DNA from: Mustelus asterias
Taxonomy: Eukaryota
NCBI RefSeq assembly: GCF_964213995.1
Contig: NC_135812.1
Location: 66,588,001 to 66,652,000, forward strand
Length of the DNA: 64,000 nt
Direction of reading: 5' to 3'
The notes under the pieces were generated by a model that had not been told where the DNA came from, did not search any database, and saw only the letters and a list, made by a program, of their open reading frames with translations. Positions within the stretch are counted from its first letter, which is position 1. Every line of letters begins with the position of its first letter. The translations under genes were made by a program, and so were the position numbers. This document shows, piece after piece, positions 35,187-47,600 of the stretch.

Positions 35187-35604
35187 TTGGAAAGGAAACT
35201 GGCTCAAGTAGACGGGAAATAAAGATTGGGAGGCAAAATAATAAACAAAATGACAGAACACTACAAACCAATCAGATGGTTCAGTTACAAACTAGACCCA
35301 CTGCTCGGAGGGAGATACGAGGGGTGCCCAGACTCTCTTCCCACCTACCCTTGAGCTGTCTAACATGGGGCAGGTGGGCTGGTTTCAAAATCAGCAGCAG
35401 ACTCACCATATTAAAACAAATAATTAAAATCAAATGCGCTTGTTAACAAACCAATTGACCGGGATATTACACTGCCCAGTTGGTGTGGGTAGGTGGAGAA
35501 GCCATTCATGAGGCCAAGTTGAAAAAAGCCAGGAGGTATGTGACGAAGTCGATGGGGAGTGGGGAGGGTGGTACATCATTTGGGGGTGTTTGTAACGCAT
35601 CATC

Positions 35605-35840
35605 CCTGTTGATGTAGACAGGGGCATGTCCTCCACTATGCTTCCTGAAGTTGATGACGAGCTCCTTCATTTTATTGACATTGAGGGAGAGATTATTGTC
35701 ATCGCACCATTTCACCAGATTCTCGAACTCTACCCTGCACTCTGTCTCGTCATTGTTTGAGATCCGACCCAACATGATGGACTCATCAGCAAATTTGAAA
35801 ATGGAGTTGGAGTGGAATTTGGCCACCTAGTCATAAGTGT
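35605..35840 (-). mobile_element. Rex1/Babar-like RT fragment (duplicated at ~55080-55314)
   Basis: IFKFAD(D/E)SIMLGRISNND...LVKWCDDNNLSLNVNKMKELVINFRK. Confidence 0.75.
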
Positions 35841-36357
35841 ATTAAGGAGTTTAGTAAGTAAATAAAGGCAAAATACAGGTTATCTTTAACTTAACTGAAT
35901 CACTCTTTCTTGCACATTCAATGACGCTTGAACTACAAACCAGGGCAATAAGTATCTTTACACACGAGATGGTTAACTATGGCACGGAATCAGGAGATGG
36001 AGTTTGATAGTTGAATACATAATCTGATTGATGGAAGATGGGAGACACCATAAAAAGTTGCATAAACAATTTGAAAATGTCAAATTTTATGAAGCTCTGC
36101 AAGAAGAAATCCACCTGATCAGTGACGCCTTTCACTCTGCAAAGGTTTCAGAAACAGATGTGAATCAAATTCACAGTCATTTGATCAGTCTCCAGATGCC
36201 ATGAATAACCAATGCAGCCATCCCAAAATAGACTGTACTATCTGCCAAAGCAATGTAAAATTAATCAGCCATTCGCCAATACTGAACAGAAATAATATTG
36301 AACAATAGGAGAATTGTTTGTTCTGGGCTGATTAAACATTTCCGACAACAAATGTAT

Positions 36358-36785
36358 GGGGAGCAATTCTCCCCAAAAAATTGTAAGTGTTGAATTCACA
36401 TAAAAACTGCAGTAAATCACACTGAATTTTTCACCAGGAGTTTCAAAATGAATCTCACAATCTCCCACACACAGCGCACTGCAGAGAGTACTTGCGTGAA
36501 TCACGCTGAAAATCTGTGGGCCCGTTGGAGAGGCCGGTAGGAAAGCACTGAGCGGGCCACTGCGCATGAGCCGATCTGTCAGCGCCGAGATCGGCACATG
36601 TGTAAATGGCCCCTGTCTGCTGGCCTCCCAATTGCTGGCCAACCCCGCGACCCCCACATTGCTGGCCCTCCCAGCCCGATTTCTGGCTCCTTGGATGTGT
36701 CCGGGCCAGCCTCGTCCCGCCGCCCCCCCCCACCCAACACCCCCCCCCCATAAAAACAGTGCAGCGGGATGGGAGAATCGCCCCC
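36358..36785. mobile_element. MITE-like element with ~15-bp imperfect TIRs (duplicated at ~59053-59480)
   Basis: Left end gggagcaattctccc, right end gggagaatcgccccc. Confidence 0.65.
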
Positions 36786-39700
36786 ATTGTCTTTTATGCG
36801 TTTCTTTGCAGTTCTTTCCAGATAACTTACCTGTTCTGAGCTGATAGCTTTCCATTTAAAAGATGTTTGTATGAAATTGGTATCAATCTCACCATGCTGT
36901 TTCTCGCAATACAGAATATAACTCCAATGTTGAATCTATTTAAAAAGTTTATTTCTCCCATATTCAGATGGAAAATTTTAATCTGCCATTGACATTTAAA
37001 CATGGAACAAGGTCAGTCGTAAATCTTAACATCCAATGGTTGGTTCTAACTCCCCTTATCAGATTTTCCTAACTACCTCAGCGACTCCAAACCTGTTTGA
37101 GTCCCCATTTCTTTGGTTTAGGGTCATACAGCTGTCACTACATGAGGCAATTCAGCTCAAGCAGTGTTCATTATGGTGTCACCTGGTTACTTTTAACTAG
37201 GCCTACATTTTGAGTCCATTGAGCGCACGCACTGGGTGGACCAGAACTGAAAGCGAAGTGCATTTCCTGAATGCAATTTCACTCTCCTTGACCAATGAAC
37301 AGGCAGCCAACATGAAACGTGCACTGGGAAAGGCACAGCACTGCTGAGGGAGCGGGAAGAGGTTAGATAGGCACTGAGAAAAGAGAGGGTGCAGGCTGCT
37401 ACTTCTACTGGGATACCTCAAGGTGGACAGTTGTATGGTTCTGTCACAGGGAGCTGCAAGCCTCTCAAAATTAAGTGATGAAAAGTGCGGCAAACTGTGT
37501 CTATGCAGCACAGTCAAACACCTGACAGCAATCTTCAGATCCCAGACATCTCATCCTCCGGATAGGGGCTGAAGCAAAAATATAAATGCCACCTGGCCGA
37601 TAAACTCATCGACCATAAAAGTGGATGTGCCAAGTGGAATTGATTTTATTTGACTCCTTAACGGGTTTAACTAGGTTTGTAATTGCCGGCAGATGCACTT
37701 TCGATTGCTGAGCAGGCCCGCTGAACAAAATGTGGCACAAGTGGACGATGAGGTCAAGACGTGCGCCTAATATCTATTGAAACAATTTCACATGCTGTTG
37801 TGTTGAATCTTGGGTGGTCGGGGGGTGAGGGGATCAGATCAGGCCTTGGGGAATTGGGTGGATCGGGCCAATTGGTGTGGGGGTGGCTGGGTTGGCCTTT
37901 GAGGGGTGGGGGAGATCAGATCAGAACTTGGGGCATGGGTGTGTGGGTTATGAGGTTGAATCTCGGGAGGGAGATGGGCAAATCGGGCCTTGAGAGGAGA
38001 GGAAGGAGGTCTGGCCGGGCCTTGTTGTGTGGAGGGCTCCAACTGCTCGGGCTGTGTCTTCTCATGGGGATGGAATAGGAGAGACGTACAGATGGGTGTC
38101 ACCTGGGGGTTCAGGATATAAGGGGATTCCTGCGGGTGGGTGGAAAGTGGGGATTTGGTGCACATTTTGCAATAGTTAGAAGTGGTTCTAATTCTTCATA
38201 CTAGTTCGAGATAAAACAATTGGAACCGTCCAAAGTTTGTGACTTAAATTGCAATTTTCGGATGATTCTAGTGCAAGGAAATTGATTGTTGAAGTTTGCA
38301 CTTTGCGACCAATTGCCATGACCTGCGTACTTCGGGGGGAGGGGGGTTACTTAGTGGAGGCTTGGAATACGTCCTCAGATACCACACCCTGGAGCTCAGA
38401 AGATAGGGACTAATGTTTTACTTTAATAACATTGCAAAAGGAATAAGAACATTGAGGGAGAAAATGTCACCTGTGCATAATTTTTTCAACCTCATGATTC
38501 CTTCTGCCATCAGCTGCCTCAACCCTAATTCTCTTCCCTGCCTCTTTGATATCTGCCCGCATCTCATGTCAGTTCATGGGTGTCTAATTTTGTTTGATAA
38601 GGCTCCTCATTAAAGGAGCTATATAAATATATTGTAATGTATTGACAACACAGATTTAGACTTACCGCCTTTGAGGATAAGACAAGTATTTATGGGTCAT
38701 TACATTTCAACCTCTGTATTAATTTAAGAAGAAAAAAGCTGAGTGTTATGAACAGATGAATACATAATACTATGTGCCCCGATTAAATGTCATTGAAATT
38801 GACATCTGATATCTTGTGCACGTCATTTCTGAATTAGTTGCTTGTCGTAAGGTATTGAATGACAACCGGGGTACAGTGAATAACGAGCTCCTTCCCTTAT
38901 ATTGAATAATCAGCATTTACAATCAAATTCAACTTTAAGATGATCGATTAAGGCTTGTTTTCACTTTACGCTAAATAGATTAGATTCTGCTATATTATCA
39001 TCTCTTACCTTGATGAATTCAGCCTTTAAAAGGTGCACAACGGCCACTGTTACAAAAGAAGAGAAAAGAGACAGGTGAATCATCTGTCTATCATTTCTGA
39101 AAGCGGAAAGTACTATTTAGAAATTATACAATATGGTGCACAAAGTCATTACATATTAAACGAGGTCCTCACAAATATAAACATTTCAATATTTTAAGTA
39201 CCACAAGATGTCTAAATAAATACCTCAAAATCACAAATCTCATTCAGAGCGATACTCTAATATCATGAGTACCCTCATAAGCGTGAAGAAAGTTAATGAC
39301 AAAGAGACAAGATGGTCGGACTCCAGAAACATTCGATGCTCTGTCTGACAACTTATATACACATATTTTTCTGCCTCCACAGCAGTTTCATTCCCATTTG
39401 ATATGTGAAAAGCCTGACCAGCAGATTTAGTTATTACATGAACTCTCGTGTTCTCACATCAGGATAAAATTAGAGAAGCAATGTCAGTAGTTTTGTGTGG
39501 AAATAATCCTGTCCTCATCAAATGTCTCCAGAACTGACCATGTCCAGCTCATGTGGCAATATTTTACGAAGTGCAAAATCTTGATGAGGTTGAAACTTTA
39601 AGACAAGTAGCTTTTCCTTAGCCATTACAAAGTGTAAATAAACTTAATTAAATTCATTCCCCCAAAAAACCTTGAGATATAGAAACTTAGTAATACCTTA

Positions 39701-39949
39701 ATTATTACCATTGATCTGATAGCAAGGTTTGACACTTTTTTTCAATTAAATGATATTTAACTGTGGTTTATATTATTAATGAAAAAAAATCAACCCAACC
39801 CTAGGATTTCACATGGATTATATGCCAAAATGTGAGTTGTGGCAGTTTTCCAATGAATTTTGAATCTTTTTTCATCAAATTGTATTGCAAGTCCTAATTA
39901 AATTGTAAAAACCGTTTTGGGAATGGAACTGATTTATTTGACGTTTAAG

Positions 39950-40300
39950 TTATAGAGTCCGGACAGTGCAGAATGCGACGATACGGTCCATCGGGTCTGT
40001 GCCAACTCTTCGAAAGAGCATCTTACCCAGGCTCACCCGCCCACCACACCGCCCTATACCTGTAACCGCATGCATTTACCATGACTAATCCACCTAAACT
40101 ATATATCTTTTCGACACTAAAGGGCAATTTAGCATGCCCAATCCACCTAACCTGCACATCTCTGCAGGAGGAAACCAGAGCACTGGGAGGAAACCCATGC
40201 AAACATGGGGAGAACGTACAAACTCCACACAGTCACCAAGGCCAGAATTGAACCCGGGTCCCTGGCGCTGTGAGGCAACAATGGTAATCACTGTGCCACC
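39950..40300 (-). mobile_element. V-SINE (duplicated at ~62731-63065)
   Basis: Reverse-complement V-core and head gaattgaacccgggtccctggcgctgtgaggc. Confidence 0.8.
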
Positions 40301-41394
40301 ATCAACATGTTATCATTTCCATTAATAAATGAATGGATTACTTATGACTTACTGGCATTCCATAATTCATCCATGCCTTTTCTGTGAGTTAGTGTGTGAA
40401 GGGGCAAAGAGTCAAGTGGAGTGTAGATAATTTGGCATTTTCATTAGTGAAGCCATTTTAAAATGAGAAAATGCAATAAAGACAATTATTAAACTATCAA
40501 TTTAAATTATGAAGAGAAATTGTATATTTTAACACAATTTCTAATAGTACAATGAGTTACTCTATAAAAGTATATTTGCGGAAGTTATGTGAAGTAGGAG
40601 CTTGAGATTGAAGAAACAGCTCAGGCGAGACATGCCTTACAATCAAATTCCTCATCATTATCTGTGTAAAATTGGCATGACTGGATGGGGTTGAGTGGGA
40701 TGTCTCACATAGTCATGTATCCCTCCAAGTGTGGCATTAAACTACTTTCTGGAAACTAATTATTGGGCACTAGCCTGACAGTTGCACAGTTGGTAAACCC
40801 ATCCTGTTGCCACAGGAAACATTAACTTTGGGCCATTTAAATGTTAGTGCTGGAAGAGGGCAGGTAGTAAATATGTCAACCTCTTGTAGTGGTGAGGAGT
40901 CTGAGCATTAAAGTAAGAGTTCTTGGTTTTCCACTGGCAATCTTACAATGTTTATTTTTAGTTTTCTGCAACTAAATCATCAAAATGCATCCGAAATAAT
41001 TTTGAATTGATGTGAAAATGGTAGCATGACAACAGTGGCAGTGATTCCTAATGTTGACATGGGCATTCTTGTTAACGTAAGATGCAAAGCAGTTTGTGTT
41101 GACAATTGAACTGTACATCTGGCATGATTCAATGCCTTTAAGAAAGCAGAGCATGTCAGAAATGCAACGTAAAGTTCTAGAAGAAAAACTTCCGACAAAA
41201 TAGGATATAAAATGATAAATAATGCTTGAATTTAGAACGCCGCATTCAACACCACAATAATTGAATGGAAGAAATAAATTATCACGAAAACTACTTGTTG
41301 GCTAACATGAAAAATGTTAATCTCCATGTACTCGTGGATGTGAACACAATAACAGCAGAAAAAAATATTTTAATTGAACAAATTACCATAATGA

Positions 41395-43365
41395 ATTAAA
41401 TCTCGACAGAAACAGAAAATGCAGGTAAATCTCAGCAAGTCTAACAGCATCTGCAGAGAGAGAACAGAGAGAAGAATCATCCAGACTTGAAATGTTAACT
41501 TTGTTCGTTCTCCACAGATGCTGCCAGACCTGCTGGGATTTTGGGCATTTTCTGTTTTTCTTTCAGATTCCAGCATCCACAGTAATTTGTTTTTTAACCA
41601 ACAGTTCTATATGGTTTATTTTCTTTCTCCGTCTATACTTGTCATGGATTGCTCCATTTATGGCCTAATGGGGTATTGTTGGGTGTCATTGTGACCTGTT
41701 TACAGGAAAATGCAATATTATTTTTGATGCTGCTGTTACACGATCCATTAAATCTTACTGGATTAAATTTGGCACGATAGTGTAGAGATCAGGAAGTCAC
41801 CCAATCAACAAATCATATACTTAAATCTATAATTTTATTACATAGTATCCAGGGGAAGATACATAAATACTTTGCACGTGTTATTTTTATTTAAATATTA
41901 TGTTGCATAGTTGCTGGATACCTTCATCTCAGAGAAGTGTTATATTTCAGTCTGAAGTGTAAACACGTATTGCTGATGTTAATACGAGCCCAAGTATTTG
42001 CACCATCCACATTCTGGAGGATAACGTAACATAATCCTTCAAGGAGTATTTGGAGATTATAAAGCGTTGCTTGTTCATGAAGCAAATCTATTCATCCTTT
42101 CCAAAAGTTGCAGGTGCATTAAAAATGATATTATGTAAATCTATGTTCAAGACATTTTTAAATGTAACTATTAATATCCTTCAACTTAAGTTTTTAGATT
42201 AAATAATGCCTTCATTCTTCAATCTCCTTTCACCATGTGCTATTCTGTAATCAAAAGGATAATTGCATTTCAAAAAAAAAAATCAGCTTTATGTCTGAGG
42301 CTATCGTGAAAGGTCTAATTCTAGGTTTGGGATTTCCCTTCATAACAATTAATCAACCAAGGATTAATAAGACAAGGATCATTGGCTACCATCAATAGCC
42401 AATATTAGTGTACTACAGTATTGGTAGGAGTTTACTTTCTTGATATTTTTAAAATTAACATGGGGAACTGATTCACTCTTTTCACAAAAACATGCATTCA
42501 TTTAAAAGCAAAATACTGCGGATGCTGGAATCTGAAACAAAAACTGAAGATGCTGGAAAATCTCAGCATGTCTGACAGCATCTGTGGGGAGAGAATTAAT
42601 TTGCATTAATGTGTTTGTTTTCCATTCCAGTTCAACATGCTCACAAAATAGTTTTATGTTTTGCTCATTGCTGCAACTATGTGCTTAGCTAATCTACAAC
42701 AGAGCATTTAATCAAGAAAAACCAGCAATAATGCCACTGGACTGTCAATTAACCTGCATAATATACACATAAATGCTAGACGTAATATTCAGCACATCAA
42801 TTAAGCTGACAAGTCAAATGAATGTGAACTGAAGAGGACAAGGATATCCAAAAAAACCCAGATAATATTTGCAAATGGCCTCAAAAGCAGGACAACTCCA
42901 ATCCTGCCAATTATCAAACTGTCATTCTATTCTCAATCATCAGCAAAGTAATGGAAGGTGTTAATGACAATGCTGTCAAATGGTGATTTCTCACCAATAA
43001 CCTGCTCATTTAAGGTCATTTTAAGGTCAAGAGAACATGGCTCCAGACTTCATTGCAGTCTTGGTCCAAACATGGACAAAAAAGGTGAATTCTAGAGATG
43101 AGGTGAGACAGTGCCCTTGATATCAAGCCAGCACTTGACCAAGAGTGGCATCAGGAAGCCCTAGTGAAACTGAATTCAATGGGACTCAAAGGAAAACATT
43201 TTTAACTGCTTGGAATCATGCCTAACTCAAGGGAAGATGGTTGTGGTTCTTGGAAGCCAAGCATCTTAGCCCTAGAACATTGCTGCGGGTGCACCTCAGG
43301 GTAGCATCTCGCACCAATCATCCTCAGCTGCTTCATTGATGAAATTTGCTCTTATCACAAGGTCA
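41395..43365 (+). repeat. Older segmental duplication, copy 2 (paralog of 1-2143)
   Basis: Colinear with the window start, lacks the SINE at 1177-1490, and is truncated at the gypsy remnant. Confidence 0.9.
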
Positions 43366-44265
43366 CACGCAAGTTCCCTTTATCGTGAACCAAAGGAAAA
43401 ATCAATTTCTGCGGCTTACAGTCTGGTAGTCTTCACCTTGGAACCTACAACTAGTTTCAGGCTTAAGAACCCCTGCTCACTGCTTCCCATTGGGCGAGCC
43501 TCCACTCGCTCAATAAGGCAGCTCCACAAAGCCCTCGGTCTATTAATGATCCTCCAAGGCCTTTGTGGCCATCATAACTTTCCTCCACCTTAGGTCCCTG
43601 TTTCTCACAGCACCTCCACTGCGAGGATGTCCTTTTTGGTGCTTGGTGCTCGAGCGGATGTCCGTTGAAGGCAGGGCTGGGCCAGGTGACTTATATCGAA
43701 CAGGGGACCTTCTACTTTGGTGGAAATGTCTTGGAGTTACTGAAGCAGGTTCCTCCTCAAGTTCTGCTTCAACACGGAAGTCTGTTTCTTCAGCCTCCAT
43801 CTCAGAGTCTGTAACTTTGCTATCTGGAGGGACCAACGTGGAGTCAGTTTCAAGCTGAGGACTGGCACTGATAGCGGCTACCTCCATGGCCGGTGGAAGG
43901 GCGCTTCGGGCAAGGATTCCCTGGCCCTGAGGTGATCCAAGTACCCTGAACTTTGACTTTGTAAAATACTGGTCCGGTTTGTTCCATAATGATCCCAGGG
44001 ACTCATGTTTCTTACATGAATCAGATCACCTGTTGCAAACGTTCTTTCTGCCCTTGTGGAATTGAAGTTTCTTTTTTTGGTTTTCCTGTTGGGACTCCAC
44101 CTTCCCTGCCAAATTCTGAATAATAGAGTAAATCTGGTACAAAGCCATTGTCCCACCAACATCTATGCTGGAGCAACACCTGTTGTGGTGTGCGGTGTGG
44201 TCTTTAATTGAGCAATAATTGTGCCAGTTTAGTCTCCCTGGATGCCACCGGTGTTTCTTCATACC

Positions 44266-44595
44266 TGATGCGCGTTATCACACACGAGGCTTGAAATGCT
44301 CAAGGAAATAATGGCTTTATTTACTATTACAACGAAGCTACCATGTATAGTACACGATCCCAGACTGAGGGGTCCCAGACAGAGCAGTGATCTTTATACC
44401 TCTCCCAGGAGGCGGAGCCCGACTGGGATGTACCATAATAACTATAATACAGGTGTAACAGCCCAACCCTAACCCCAACAGCAACAAGTAGAACAACCCA
44501 TCCCTAACCCCAACAGCAACATATATACATACTCGTAGTACTGGCCAGACCCTGGCTCAGTACTACCTAGTGGGAACCAACGATGGTTCACCACA
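44266..44595 (-). repeat. 3' LTR of the gypsy element
   Basis: Direct repeat of 48711-49041, adjacent to the PPT. Confidence 0.95.
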
Positions 44596-44657
44596 TTCAC
44601 CCCTCCTTTGAAGACAGGCCGGCGGGGTACAAAAAAATAGAATAATTTGTCATCAGT

Positions 44658-47600
44658 CTATAAGTTCAGACGGTCAGGGGGACCGCACCGTCGTGACATC
44701 CTCAACACCGGTGATAACACCGGAGTAGGCACTCGCGGTGGCGTTCTCCTCAAGGCGATGTCCAACGGTTCCTCCACAGTCTCACGGGCCGGCTGACCCC
44801 GAGGTGATGATAATCCGTTGAGTTCCGACACGCCCTGAAGTGGTGACCATCTCCTGGACTCAGGCAAGCTGTACACGGGAGTAAAAGGGTTAAGTAATGG
44901 TCCCGATGCTGCCCGCGTCGTGTCAGGAAGAGAAACAATAGTTGGGGGGTCTCTAACAGGAGGTATGGGAGCGACAGGGGTTTCTACGTCCCCTGCTGGC
45001 GCCAGGTCTCGAATCGAGACCGTGTCCTCTCGCCCGTTAGGGTATGCCACATAGGCATACTGAGGGTTGGCGTGGAGGAGATGGACCTGTTCGACCAACG
45101 GGTCGGACTTGCAGGCCCTTACATGTCGCCGCAGGAGGACAGGTCCTGAGTACGTCAACCAAGACGGTAATGAGGTCCCAGAGGAAGACTTCCGAGGGAA
45201 TGAAAACAGCCTCTCATGAGGAGTAGCGTTGGTTGCCGTACACAGGAGTGAGCGTATGGAATAGAGCGCATCAGGGAGCACCTCTTGCCAACGGGAGACT
45301 GGAAGGCTTTTTGACTTCAACGCCAGTAAGACAGCCTTCCAGACTGTAGCATTCTCACGTTCCACCTGTCCGTTACCCCTAGGGTTGTAGCTCGTGGTTC
45401 TACTAGAGGCAATCCCGTATGAGAGCAGGTATTGCCTCAAGTCATCGCTCATGAACGATGAGCCCCTATCGCTGTGAATGTAGCAGGGGTACCCGAACAG
45501 AGTAAAAAGATCACGGAATGCCATGATAACCGTGGCAGCGGATGTATCAGAGCAGGGAATAACAAAAGGGAATCTCGAGTACTCATCAATGATGTTGAGG
45601 AAGTACACATTCCGATCTGTTGAGAGAAGGGGGCCCTTAAAGTCGACACTCAGTCTTTCGAAGGGACGAGTGGCCTTGACTAGTTGTGCCCGGTCAGGTC
45701 GGTAAAAGTGCGGTTTGCATTCCGTGCATACCCGACAACTTCTCGTTATGGACCTGACATCCTCCACCGAGTAGGGCAGATTGAGGGCTTTTACGAAGTG
45801 GTAGAGCCGAGTGACCCCAGGATGGCATAGGTCATTATGGAGAGCCTGCAAACGGTCCTCCTGTATACTGGCGCATGTTCCACGCGACAGGGCATCCGAG
45901 GGCTCCTTGAGTTTCCCTGGACGATACATGATGTCGTAATTATAGGTGGAGAGTTCGATTCTCCACCTCAAGATCTTGTCGTTCTTGATCTTGCCCCGCA
46001 GCGTGTTATTGAACATGAACGCCACGGACCGCTGGTCCGTGATCAGGGTGAACCGTTTTCCCGCCAAGTAATGGCTCCAATGCCTGACGGCCTCCACAAT
46101 GGCTTGGGCCTCCTTTTCCACCACTGAATGTCGAATTTCGGGGCCTTGGAGGGTGCGGGAAAAAAAGGCGACGGGCCTGCCCGCCTGGTTAAGTGTGGCG
46201 GCCAGGGCGAAATCAGATGCATCGCTCTCCACCTGAAAGGGGATGGACTCATCAACAGCGTGCATCGTGGCTTTCGCGATGTCGGCTTTTAGTTTATCAA
46301 AGGCCAATCGAGCCTCTGGTGTTAGGGGAAAAGAGGTGGACTTGATGAGCGGACGGGCTTTGTCCGCGTAATTGGGAACCCACTGTGCGTAGTAAGAGAA
46401 GAAGCCTAAGTATCTTCTCAGTGCTTTTGCGCTAGTGGGCAGGGGAAGTTCAAGGAGGGGACGCATACGGTCTGGATCAGGGCCAATGACCCCGTTTTCC
46501 ACCACGTATCCGAGGATGGCTAAACGACGCGTACGAAATACACACTTCTCCCTGTTGTAGGTCAGATTCAGGCGAGATGCAGTGCGTAGGAACTTAAGGA
46601 GATTTGTGTCGTGGTCCTGTTGGTCATGGCCGCAGATGGTGACGTTATCCAGGTACGGGAAGGTAGCCCGCAGTCCGTTCTGGTCCACCATTCGGTCCAT
46701 AGCACGCTGGAAGACCGAGACCCCATTGGTGACACCAAAAGGAACACTGAGAATGTGATACAAGCAACCATCCGCCTCAAAAGCCGTGTATTGTCGGTCC
46801 TCTGGGCGAATGGGGAGTTGGTGGTAGGCAGACTTGAGGTCTATGGTGGAGACCACCCGGTACTGCGCAATCTGGTTGACCATGTCAGATATGCGCGGGA
46901 GGGGATACGCATCCAGCTGCGTGTATCTATTAATGGTCTGACTATAGTCAATGACCATCCGGGGTTTGTTCCCACTCTTGACCACCACGACCTGCGCTCT
47001 CCATGGACTAGCGCTAGATTGTATGGTCCCTTCCTTGAGGAGCCGCTGAACTTCAGATCGAATGAAGATCCGATCCTCAGCGCTGTAACGCCTACTCTTA
47101 GTCGCGATGGGCTTGCAGCCTGGCACAAGATTCTGGAACAGGGAGGGTGTGGTAATCTTCAGCGTCGAGAGGCTACAGGCGGGGTGCGTTGGGCAATTTG
47201 GAAGCTGCTGTTCTCCCACTGAAAGCGGAGGGAGTGGCCCACCGTACTGTAGGGTTACACTCTTCAAGTGGACCATGAAATTTAGTCCGAGGAGTATTGG
47301 CGCGCAAAGGTGTGGTAACACCAGGAGCTTGAAGTGCTCGTAAACCGTGCCCTGCACCGTTAAATTTACCATGCAACTCCCTAGCACGGTGACAGACCGG
47401 GACCTTGATGCCATCGAAATCGTCTGTTTGACAGGTTGGATCTGGAGGCCACACTGCTTCACAGCGTCTGGGTGAATAAAACTCTCCGTGCTCCCGCTGT
47501 CAAACAGACAATAAATCAAGTGTTTGTTTACCTGAATGTCCATCATAGACTTGTCGAGTCTGTGAGGCTTGGCCTGGTCCAGGATGATCGACACCACCGT

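Noticed and set aside
44462-44520. Telomere-like CCCTAA motifs
   Set aside because: Only isolated units within a short duplicated LTR U3 motif (ccctaaccccaacagcaac), not an interstitial telomeric array.
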